A stretch of 64,000 bases of DNA, from the NCBI GenBank assembly GCA_965267575.1, contig OZ254086.1:1504001-1568000 (forward strand), given 5' to 3'. Positions 18,647-26,653 of the stretch are shown here, piece by piece (the stretch's first letter is position 1; each line of letters begins with the position of its first letter). The notes beneath the pieces were generated by a model that searched no databases, was not told where the DNA came from, and was given only the letters and a program-made list of their open reading frames with translations. The translations under genes were made by a program, and so were the position numbers. The stretch is from Calditrichales bacterium. Lineage in GTDB: Bacteria; Calditrichota; Calditrichia; Calditrichales; J004.

Positions 18647-20774
18647 CCAGAGCATCGACCTTCAACCGCACATCCAGCGCCACACAGCCGCTCCCCGCAT
18701 CAAAAACGCGCAGCGGATTTATCTCCATCTCCGAAATAAGCGGGTGGTTGTCCATCAGCCGGCCCAGCCTGAAAATAGCATCTTTTAAAGCGGGCACGTC
18801 GGCGGGGTTTTGTCCACGCACCGACGCAAGCTGCTTCCCGGCCATGGTATTTTTGATCATATATTCGGCATCATCTTCGGAAACAGGAGCCAGGGAAAAA
18901 GCCACGTCCTTTTGTGTTTCAACGGCGATGCCGCCGGAACCAAACATGATCAACGGACCAAACTGTGCGTCACGATAAGCGCCCACGATTGTCTCGCGAC
19001 CACCGTCCGCCATCTTCTGCAGATAAACGCCCTCAATGGCAGCTTGCGGTTCCTTTTCGCGGATCGTCCTTAACATTGCGTTGAACGCGTCCACGGCAAC
19101 TTCCCGGCTAGCGATATTTAAACGCACTCCACCCACATCCGTTTTGTGCACGATTGTTTCCGCGGCGATTTTCATTACCAGCGGGTAACCGGTTTCATCG
19201 GCCAAAGCACCGACTTCATCGACGCTGCGAGCCAGGGCCAGCGGGTAGAGCTCAATCCCGGCGGCCTGGCAAATCACCTGCGCGGCCTGGGCATTTATAA
19301 AGCCGGCGCCGTTTTTGTCCGACTCCCTTTTCAAAATCAAAGCAATGTGTTCATGGTCGATATCGTCAAAGTCAGGCAGGGCACTTTGTGCCTTTTGCGC
19401 AAAACGGGCCGAGCGCCACAGAACGGCCATGGCCTGCGCTGCCTGCTCCGGGTAGCGGAAATCGGGTACATGCGCCGCCCGCAGATGTTCCTCGGCTTCG
19501 CGAACCAGGCGGTCACCCATCGGCACTACTAAAACCGGCTTATTGTGCGATTGTACCACGGGAATTATAGCGCGCGCCACAGCTCCCGCGGAAGACATGG
19601 GCGGTGGCGGCAGCAACACGATAATGCCATCCACGTTGCTGTCTTTAAGCAATAGCTGCAAAGACCGCGCGTAATCCTGCGGCGACGCGGAGGCCAGCAT
19701 ATCAACAGGATTGTTCAAACCGGCGGCAGGGGGCAGAAATGAACTTAGCTCCTCTTTGGTTTTATCGCTGACCGGCGCCAGCTCCATGCCCTCGTTTTCA
19801 AGTGTATCGGTAGTGGTAACGCCCGGCCCACCTGCATTGGTCAATACGACGATGCGTTTTCCGTGTAGCGGGGGGCACCAGGCCAAAACACGGGCCCAGT
19901 CAAAAAGGGCTTCACTGCCCGGCGCGCGGATCACTCCGCAGCGACGAAAGGCCGCATCATATGCGCTTTCCGATCCTGCCAGCGCGCCTGTGTGCGAGGC
20001 AACGGCTTTGCGTCCCGCCTCGGAGCGCCCGACCTTCAGCGCAAGAACAGGTTTTTGCCTTGCCGCGGCAGCGGCACTTTCCACAAAAGCCGCGCCATTC
20101 TTGATGCCCTCCAGGTACATCGTAATTACACGCGTATTTTCATCCGCGGCGATGGCCGGCAACACGTCGCTTTCACAGATATCGCTTTGGTTGCCCAGGC
20201 TGACAAGGTGGGACAGCCCCATGTCCTTGCCGCGCGACCAATCGATGACCGCGGCACAGATCGCACCTGAATGGGAGATAAAAGCAATCGGACCTTTTTT
20301 GGCACCCGGCGGCGGCAGAAAAGTGAGGTTCATCGGCAGGTGTGTGTTTACCAGCCCCACGCAATTCGGGCCGATAATGCGCAGGCCCTCGCGCTTCGCA
20401 ATCCGAATACACTCTTCTTCCAGCCTGCCGCCCTCGGTACCGGTTTCCCGGAAGCCGCCGGAAGCGATCACAATGTGGCGAATACCGCGCCCGGCACATT
20501 CCATTAGCAGCTGTGGCACCAGCGGAGCGGCCACCAGCAGGCAGGCCAGGTCCACCGGATCGGGCACGTCGGAAATGGATCGGTGCAACGGTTGCCCGAG
20601 CAGCGTCTCGCCTTTTGGATTTACAAAGTGGACAGCACCCTCATAGCCGCCATGCACCAGGTTGTAAGCCAGGCCGTAGCCCAGCTTGGCAGGATTGGTG
20701 GAAACCCCCGCCACCACAATGCCATTTGGACTAAAAAAGGGCTTCAGGTCTGCCGGATTTTCCTTTTCATTCAT
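18624..20774 (-). CDS. ADP-forming acyl/acetate-CoA ligase, fused alpha-beta
   Basis: CoA-binding N-terminus, GPNCVG, SHTGALAG (phospho-His), NPVDM, ATP-grasp HKTDVGGV, FGPLIMFGSGG, EINPL; no GNAT domain. Confidence 0.88.
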   Translation of the reverse strand: MNEKENPADLKPFFSPNGIVVAGVSTNPAKLGYGLAYNLVHGGYEGAVHFVNPKGETLLGQPLHRSISDVPDPVDLACLLVAAPLVPQLLMECAGRGIRHIVIASGGFRETGTEGGRLEEECIRIAKREGLRIIGPNCVGLVNTHLPMNLTFLPPPGAKKGPIAFISHSGAICAAVIDWSRGKDMGLSHLVSLGNQSDICESDVLPAIAADENTRVITMYLEGIKNGAAFVESAAAAARQKPVLALKVGRSEAGRKAVASHTGALAGSESAYDAAFRRCGVIRAPGSEALFDWARVLAWCPPLHGKRIVVLTNAGGPGVTTTDTLENEGMELAPVSDKTKEELSSFLPPAAGLNNPVDMLASASPQDYARSLQLLLKDSNVDGIIVLLPPPPMSSAGAVARAIIPVVQSHNKPVLVVPMGDRLVREAEEHLRAAHVPDFRYPEQAAQAMAVLWRSARFAQKAQSALPDFDDIDHEHIALILKRESDKNGAGFINAQAAQVICQAAGIELYPLALARSVDEVGALADETGYPLVMKIAAETIVHKTDVGGVRLNIASREVAVDAFNAMLRTIREKEPQAAIEGVYLQKMADGGRETIVGAYRDAQFGPLIMFGSGGIAVETQKDVAFSLAPVSEDDAEYMIKNTMAGKQLASVRGQNPADVPALKDAIFRLGRLMDNHPLISEMEINPLRVFDAGSGCVALDVRLKVDALAPLKKGD

Positions 20775-20778
20775 TGTC

Positions 20779-21972
20779 TCATCCTTGTCGAATTTTGTTG
20801 GCCACCGTTATTAGCTTTTCACAGGCCAGGTCAATGATTTGGTCGCTGGCGGCAAAACCGATGCGGAAATAGCCTTCGCGGCCAAAATCGCTGCCGCCCA
20901 CCACCAGTAGCAGGTTTTCCTTGGCAATCTGCACAAAATCCTTCTCCGGCCCGATGGCCTTTGGGAAAATATAGAATGACCCGTCATTGGGCGGATAGCT
21001 GTATCCGGCTTCATCCAGCGCGTTGTAAAGGCGCTGACGCTTGTCGCGGTAATGGCTGAGGTCGATATGCGCGTCCAGCGATTGGGCGATGACATGCTGC
21101 ATAAAGGCGGGCGCGTTCACAAAGCCGAGAAAGCGGTTGCACATGGAAAGCGAGCCAATCAGCATGGGCCAATTGTCGGTTTCCAGCCGCGGATTTATGG
21201 CAATGTAGCCGATGCGCTCGCCGGAAATGCTGAAGGCTTTGGACCAGGAAAAGCACATAAAACTGTTGTCATGAAACGAAGCGGGCGAGGCAAAAGGCGC
21301 GTCAATAAATTTCATGTCACGATACGGCTCATCGGAAAGCAGGTAAATGGCGTGGCCGATCCTTTTTTCGGCTTTGTTCAGCAGCTCTCCCAATTGCCGC
21401 AGTTGCTGTTCCGAGTAAATCCTGCCGCTGGGATTATTGGGCGAGTTAATAATAATAGCCCTGGTTCGCGGATTAATCGCTTTTTCGATTGCTTCCAGGT
21501 CAAGGTCAAAATCTTCGGCGCTTTCTACCAGGATCATCTTGCCGCCGTGGTTGTCCACATAAAAGCGGTACTCCACAAAAAACGGCTTTATCACGATCAC
21601 CTCATCGCCTTCATTCGTAATCGTTTTAAGCACTACGTTCATGGCCCCGGCCGCACCGGTGGTCATTATGATATGTTGTTGTTCGATCTCAGGAAAATAG
21701 GCTTTGCGACGCAGATACCCGGCCACAGCCTCGCACACGTAGGGGTAGCCGGCATTGGGCATATAGGCATGTTGCAGATTGTCCGCATCGGCAGACAGTC
21801 GTTTAATGGCTTCCGTGTATTCTCTGGGCGGCGGAAACATGGGATTGCCGATGGACATGTCGGCAACAGCCTCCTCGCCAAATTCTTTTTTAAGCCGCAA
21901 CCCTTCCACAAACATCTTGCGTATGGCCGAGCCGCTGTGGAAAAACTGCTGCACTTTATCAGATACAACCAT
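20779..21972 (-). CDS. PLP-dependent class I/II aminotransferase (aspartate/aromatic type)
   Basis: NSPNNPSG, SDEPY, SWSKAFSISGERIG. Confidence 0.9.
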   Translation of the reverse strand: MVVSDKVQQFFHSGSAIRKMFVEGLRLKKEFGEEAVADMSIGNPMFPPPREYTEAIKRLSADADNLQHAYMPNAGYPYVCEAVAGYLRRKAYFPEIEQQHIIMTTGAAGAMNVVLKTITNEGDEVIVIKPFFVEYRFYVDNHGGKMILVESAEDFDLDLEAIEKAINPRTRAIIINSPNNPSGRIYSEQQLRQLGELLNKAEKRIGHAIYLLSDEPYRDMKFIDAPFASPASFHDNSFMCFSWSKAFSISGERIGYIAINPRLETDNWPMLIGSLSMCNRFLGFVNAPAFMQHVIAQSLDAHIDLSHYRDKRQRLYNALDEAGYSYPPNDGSFYIFPKAIGPEKDFVQIAKENLLLVVGGSDFGREGYFRIGFAASDQIIDLACEKLITVANKIRQG

Positions 21973-22066
21973 ATTTCATCCCGTGTTTAAGTTTGGGTTT
22001 TTGCACTAACTTATATACAAAAAAAGCACGGAATTAGCCAGTAATCTTTTGGGAAAGTGTGCTTGA

Positions 22067-22340
22067 AGAGTCAGGAAGTCCGGGGGTCATGAAGTCTTGA
22101 AGTCGGGCTGCACTGGAAGCTTAAAAGCTAGTGGTGTAAAGGTTTAAAAAAAGGCAAGAGTACAGCTTGCGGAATTTAGAAAAATCAGGGAAGAGGTGCT
22201 TAATTTCTAATTTTTGATAATGATGAAGATAATGAGAAAGAAAAGAAAAAAGCGTGTCTTCCGACTCAAAGACTCCAAAACCTCAAGACTTCAGGACTCC
22301 GAGACCTCACGACTACAAGACTTCAAGACTTCAAGACATC
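22067..22340. repeat. Inverted 8-bp tandem-repeat arms around a 154-bp spacer
   Basis: Left arm 22067-22106: 5 units, GAAGTCTT-like. Right arm 22261-22340: 10 units, AAGACTTC-like, the reverse complement. Confidence 0.85.
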
Positions 22341-22365
22341 CAACCCCCGGTAATGATTGAGAGCT

Positions 22366-23004
22366 TTACAACAGATGCATCACCGCAAAATAATGGCACA
22401 CGCTGCCGCCAAGCACAAACAGGTGCCAGATGGCGTGGCTGTAGGGCAGCTTTTTCCAGCCGTAAAAAATTACTCCGGAGGTATAAAACAATCCGCCCGC
22501 GGCCAGAAGCCAAAGGGATGTTGAGGGAAGGTTTTCCAGCATCGGTTTAATGGCAATAACACAGAGCCAGCCCATGAAGACATAAATGGCGGTGGACGTT
22601 TTGCCCCAGCGCCCGATAAAGAAAATTTTAAATACAAAGCCGGCCAGCGCCAGACCCCAGATGGTGCCAAAAATAGACCAGCCCCAGGCGCCACCGACGC
22701 CTACGAGCATAAATGGCGTATAGGTGCCCGCGATCAGCAGGTAGATAGCGATATGGTCCAAACGGCGCAGTACAGGTTTTACCGATTTTTTGGGAATGCT
22801 GTGGTAAAGCGTCGAAGCGGTGTAAAGCAGGATAAGCGTTGCGCCAAAAATGGTGGAGGCCGTTACAGCCAGGGCGGAAGAGATTTCAACACTGCGCAGG
22901 ATTAGAAAAACCAGCCCGGTGATGCTTAAAATAATCCCGATTCCATGACTGACGGCATTGGCAATTTCTTCTCCCAGGCTGTACTGAGGATGCGACGCTT
23001 TCAT
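22366..23004 (-). CDS. Hemolysin III / PAQR-family membrane protein
   Basis: EEIANAVSHG, STLYH, RLDHIAIYLLIAGTYTPF, HAIWHLFVLGG. Confidence 0.92.
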   Translation of the reverse strand: MKASHPQYSLGEEIANAVSHGIGIILSITGLVFLILRSVEISSALAVTASTIFGATLILLYTASTLYHSIPKKSVKPVLRRLDHIAIYLLIAGTYTPFMLVGVGGAWGWSIFGTIWGLALAGFVFKIFFIGRWGKTSTAIYVFMGWLCVIAIKPMLENLPSTSLWLLAAGGLFYTSGVIFYGWKKLPYSHAIWHLFVLGGSVCHYFAVMHLL

Positions 23005-23006
23005 GA

Positions 23007-24434
23007 CTATTTCCTTTTTGGTCGATAAACGTGCGTGGCAGTGCCAAAGAACATCTCGGCGCTTTCCATGATGGTTTCGGAAATGGTCGGATGCGGGTGA
23101 ATGGAGAGTTTCACATCGCTGGCAAGCGCGGCCATTTCAACCGCCAGCACGCCTTCGGAGATGAGCTCTCCGGCCCCGGCGCCCACAATACCCATACCCA
23201 GGACGCGTTCGGTTTCCTTGTCAAAAATCAGTTTGGTCAGTCCGTCGGTGCGGTCCATGGTGATGGCACGCCCGGATGCTGCCCAGGGAAAGCGGGCTAC
23301 TTCAACATCCAATCCTTGTTCTTTGGCTTCGTTTTCGGTAATGCCGCACCAGGCCAGCTCGGGATCGGTAAAAACCACGGCCGGAATGGCGTTGGGTTCA
23401 AAAGCCACTTTTTCACCGGCGATCGTTTCCACGGCCACGTGACCCTCGTGACTTGCTTTATGCGCCAGCATTGGCTCACCGGCCACATCACCGATGGCAA
23501 ATATATTGGGCTCCGACGTGCGGCGCTGCAGATCGGTCGGGATAAAGCCTTTGTCGTCGGGCTTGATGCTGGTGTTCTCCAGGCCAATGCCTTCCGAATT
23601 GGGCTTGCGGCCGATCGACACCATCACGCGGTCGAATTTTTCTTCAACCTTGTTGCCGTCCTTTTGCTCGAATGTCACTTTAATGCCATCGGAGATTTCC
23701 TTCATCTCCACGACTTTAGTGTCCAGCATGATGTTGTGAAAACGAGATTCCAGGTTTTTGGACAGAACCTTTACCAGGTCACGGTCGGCACCCGGCAAAA
23801 GGCCCGGCATCATTTCCACCACGCTGACTTCACTGCCCAGGGCATGATAGACGCTGCCCATTTCAAGGCCGATATAGCCACCGCCGACAACCAGCAGTTT
23901 TTTAGGAATATCTTTTAAGTCAAGGGCTCCGGTGGAATTCATCACCCGTTCGGAGTCGGGGATCAGCGAAGGGATAGTAGTGGGCCGTGAACCCGTCGCG
24001 ATGATGCAATACTGAAAGGAAACCGTCTGTTCACTGCCATCCAGCAGTGTCACATTCAAACTGCCGCTGTCTTTAAACTTGGCATGCCCGCGAATATGGT
24101 TGATACCGCGCTGTTTGAGCAGTTGTCCCGTCCCACCGGTCAGCTTTTGTACGACGTTGTTTTTCCAGTCGCGCACTTTGTCCAGGTCAATTTCCGGTTT
24201 TTGAAAGGCTACGCCCCATTTATGGGACTCTTCCGCTTCATTGACCAGCTTGGCGATGTGCAGCAGCGCCTTGGAAGGAATACATCCGCGATAAAGACAG
24301 ACGCCGCCGGGGTTTTCCTCCGGGTCAACCAATGTGACATTCATTCCAAGATCCGCCGCCAGAAACGCCGCGGCATAACCACCCGGCCCGGCACCAATAA
24401 CAACGAGATTTATTCCTTTTGCTGTTTCAGACAT
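23007..24434 (-). CDS. lpdA: Dihydrolipoyl dehydrogenase (E3)
   Basis: GAGPGGY, GGVCLYRGCIPSK, HPHPTISE. Confidence 0.95.
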   Translation of the reverse strand: MSETAKGINLVVIGAGPGGYAAAFLAADLGMNVTLVDPEENPGGVCLYRGCIPSKALLHIAKLVNEAEESHKWGVAFQKPEIDLDKVRDWKNNVVQKLTGGTGQLLKQRGINHIRGHAKFKDSGSLNVTLLDGSEQTVSFQYCIIATGSRPTTIPSLIPDSERVMNSTGALDLKDIPKKLLVVGGGYIGLEMGSVYHALGSEVSVVEMMPGLLPGADRDLVKVLSKNLESRFHNIMLDTKVVEMKEISDGIKVTFEQKDGNKVEEKFDRVMVSIGRKPNSEGIGLENTSIKPDDKGFIPTDLQRRTSEPNIFAIGDVAGEPMLAHKASHEGHVAVETIAGEKVAFEPNAIPAVVFTDPELAWCGITENEAKEQGLDVEVARFPWAASGRAITMDRTDGLTKLIFDKETERVLGMGIVGAGAGELISEGVLAVEMAALASDVKLSIHPHPTISETIMESAEMFFGTATHVYRPKRK

Positions 24435-24446
24435 CAATTTGCTCCT

Positions 24447-24869
24447 TTAAAAATCTTGATCATGATCATGTTCTTGATCGTGATCTTTTTCGGTAAGGTA
24501 TGTATCTTCCACATCTTGCACCCGATTTGCCTGAGACTTTATCAAGCCCATTAACATGGAGACAACGTCCGAGAGAATCTTTTTGCCTTTTTCAACTTCA
24601 TTATCACCGGTGACGACTATTTTAATCAGGTCCAGACATGCAGCACATTCTAAAGCCGAACCTCGTGCAATATGAAAAAAACGTATTTTATCGTCAGCAC
24701 GGTAACGGCCATTTCCTTCGGCAATGTTTAATGGTATTGAAATAGCCGCTTTGTCCAGTTGTCTTGTCAAAACAGCGGACAAATTTTCTTGCTCTTTTAG
24801 AAATTCAAAAAGCCATTTATTAAATAGGATGGCTTTTTGATAAACATTCAGTTTTTCATGGTCAAACAT
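24447..24869 (-). CDS. Four-helix-bundle protein (23S rRNA IVS protein / bAvd-like family)
   Basis: FDHEKLNVYQKA, QLDKAAISIPLNIAEGNG, FFHIARGSALECAA; AT-richer than the flanking PDH genes. Confidence 0.88.
   Translation of the reverse strand: MFDHEKLNVYQKAILFNKWLFEFLKEQENLSAVLTRQLDKAAISIPLNIAEGNGRYRADDKIRFFHIARGSALECAACLDLIKIVVTGDNEVEKGKKILSDVVSMLMGLIKSQANRVQDVEDTYLTEKDHDQEHDHDQDF
24452..24487. repeat. 6-bp tandem array (GATCNT) at the 3' end of the four-helix-bundle gene
   Basis: aatctt gatcat gatcat gttctt gatcgt gatctt; encodes the tail KDHDQEHDHDQD. Confidence 0.85.
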
Positions 24870-24879
24870 GTTTACCTTA

Positions 24880-24909
24880 GATCATGATCATGAGCAAGAT
24901 CGTGATCGT
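24880..24909. repeat. 6-bp tandem array (GATCNT) just upstream of the four-helix-bundle gene
   Basis: gatcat gatcat gagcaa gatcgt gatcgt, between the aceF stop and the ATG at 24869. Confidence 0.85.
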
Positions 24910-24914
24910 GCGTT

Positions 24915-26612
24915 TCACCCTTCAAGCATAACCCTGAACGGTTCTTCCAGCACTTCACACACCCACCTCAAAAACCTGGCTGCATCCGCGCCGTCGATCA
25001 GCTTGTGATCGTAGGACAAGGCCAAAGGCATCATCAAACGCGGCTCAAACTTGCCATCAACAAATTTCGGCTCCATAGCCGCGCGTGAGACGCCCAGAAT
25101 AGCCACATCAGGTGAATTGACGATCGGTGTAAAGCCTGTGCCGCCAATGCCGCCCAGGTTGGAGATGCTGAAGTTGCCGCCCTGCATCTCTTCCAGGCTA
25201 AGCTTGCGGTCGCGTGCCTTTTTAGACATTTCGGTCAGCTCAACCGAGAGATCGATGATGTTTTTCTTTTCAACGTTTTTAATGACCGGCACAACCAGTC
25301 CGTATGGCGTATCCACAGCGATGCCGATATTAAAGTACTTCTTGTAGATAATCTCCATTTTGGACATATCCACACTGGCGTTGAACTGCGGAAATTTACG
25401 CAGAGCGGCCTCGATAACTTTTATCAGGATTGCGGTCATGGTCAGTTTACCGCCGGCGTCTTCCGCTTTTTTGCCGTTGGCTTTGCGCAGCTTTTCCAGC
25501 TCAGTGATATCAGCTTTGTCGAATTGCGTCACATGCGGGATGCTGACCCAGGCATAGCTGAGATGTTTGGCTCCCGTCTGCCGCAGTTTGGACATGCTTT
25601 CGCGCTCGGTTTCGCCCCATTTGCTGAAGTCCGGCAGCGGCTCAGCCTGAACGCCAGGTGCCATGCCGGCGCCTTTTTGCTTGTTCAGCATTTTAGCGTA
25701 CGACTTCACGTCCTCAACGGAAATGCGTCCGCCCGGGCCCGATCCCGGAACATCATGGATATCCAGCCCGATTTCGCGGGCAAAGCGGCGAACAGAAGGA
25801 GAAGCCGGTGCAAGCTTGCCGCGCTTGGGCGGTTCAAACACCTGCTGCGGCACGTCTTTGGATACGGTGGCCGCTGCTGCCGGAGAAACGTCCTTTTTCT
25901 CTTTGGCTTTTTCTTCTTTTGGCTCTTCTTTCTTTTCGGGCTTTGTTTCTTCCGCGGCTTCTTCTGTGTCCTCTTCCGGTTCAGCACCACTGGATTCGAT
26001 GACCATTACTTCCTGGTCAACAGCGACTTCGTCACCCTGGGAGACATTGATTTTTTTGATTGTACCGGCGACATCGCTGGGTACTTCTACGACCGCTTTG
26101 TCAGTTTCCAGCTCCAGCAGGCCCTGGTCCTTTTCCACGGCGTCGCCTTCACTTACAAGAATGGAAGTAACCACGCCGGATTCAATGTTGTCACCCAAAT
26201 TGGGGATCTTGAAATTAACGGTTTTGCCGGCGTCCTTGCTTTTTTTGCTTTCCTTCTTCTCTTCCTTCGCAGGCGCCTTTTCCTGTTTAGGCTCTTCGCC
26301 GGATTCCTTCTCTTCCTGCTTAGGCCTTTCTGCCTTTTCTTCCTTTTGCGCTTCTTCTTTCGCGGATCCGTCTCCGGCGCCCTCAATCTCCACGATGGCC
26401 TGGCCTACATCGACCTCATCACCTTTGGAAACAAGCACCTTCGAGATTTTTCCACTTTCCGATGCCGGAACTTCGATGACCGCCTTGTCCGTTTCCAGTT
26501 CCAGCAAGGCCTGATCTTTTTCAATAGTATCGCCTTTGGAAACAAAAACACTTACAACCGTTCCCGATTCAATACCATCACCCAGTTCAGGCAGTTTTAT
26601 TTCTTGTGCCAT
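24915..26612 (-). CDS. aceF: Pyruvate dehydrogenase E2 with two lipoyl domains
   Basis: Two LETDKA lipoyl motifs, ASPSVRRFARE binding domain, SYDHKLIDG catalytic motif. Confidence 0.93.
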   Translation of the reverse strand: MAQEIKLPELGDGIESGTVVSVFVSKGDTIEKDQALLELETDKAVIEVPASESGKISKVLVSKGDEVDVGQAIVEIEGAGDGSAKEEAQKEEKAERPKQEEKESGEEPKQEKAPAKEEKKESKKSKDAGKTVNFKIPNLGDNIESGVVTSILVSEGDAVEKDQGLLELETDKAVVEVPSDVAGTIKKINVSQGDEVAVDQEVMVIESSGAEPEEDTEEAAEETKPEKKEEPKEEKAKEKKDVSPAAAATVSKDVPQQVFEPPKRGKLAPASPSVRRFAREIGLDIHDVPGSGPGGRISVEDVKSYAKMLNKQKGAGMAPGVQAEPLPDFSKWGETERESMSKLRQTGAKHLSYAWVSIPHVTQFDKADITELEKLRKANGKKAEDAGGKLTMTAILIKVIEAALRKFPQFNASVDMSKMEIIYKKYFNIGIAVDTPYGLVVPVIKNVEKKNIIDLSVELTEMSKKARDRKLSLEEMQGGNFSISNLGGIGGTGFTPIVNSPDVAILGVSRAAMEPKFVDGKFEPRLMMPLALSYDHKLIDGADAARFLRWVCEVLEEPFRVMLEG

Positions 26613-26653
26613 AAATTTTAATCCTCACTTACGCTTCGTTTTTAATCGCCGGT

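Noticed and set aside
22067-22340. CRISPR array interpretation of the short repeat arrays (also 58709-58899)
   Set aside because: Units are 8 bp and contiguous, with no unique spacers and no cas genes in the window.
22254-22550. 98-aa plus-strand ORF with repetitive peptide
   Set aside because: It is a translation of the 8-bp array running antisense into the hemolysin III gene.
24447-24869. Diversity-generating retroelement suggested by the Avd-like fold
   Set aside because: No reverse transcriptase and no template/variable repeat pair differing at adenines was seen in the window.
26000-26612. Internal direct repeat in aceF
   Set aside because: Explained by the two lipoyl domains, which is ordinary for E2.
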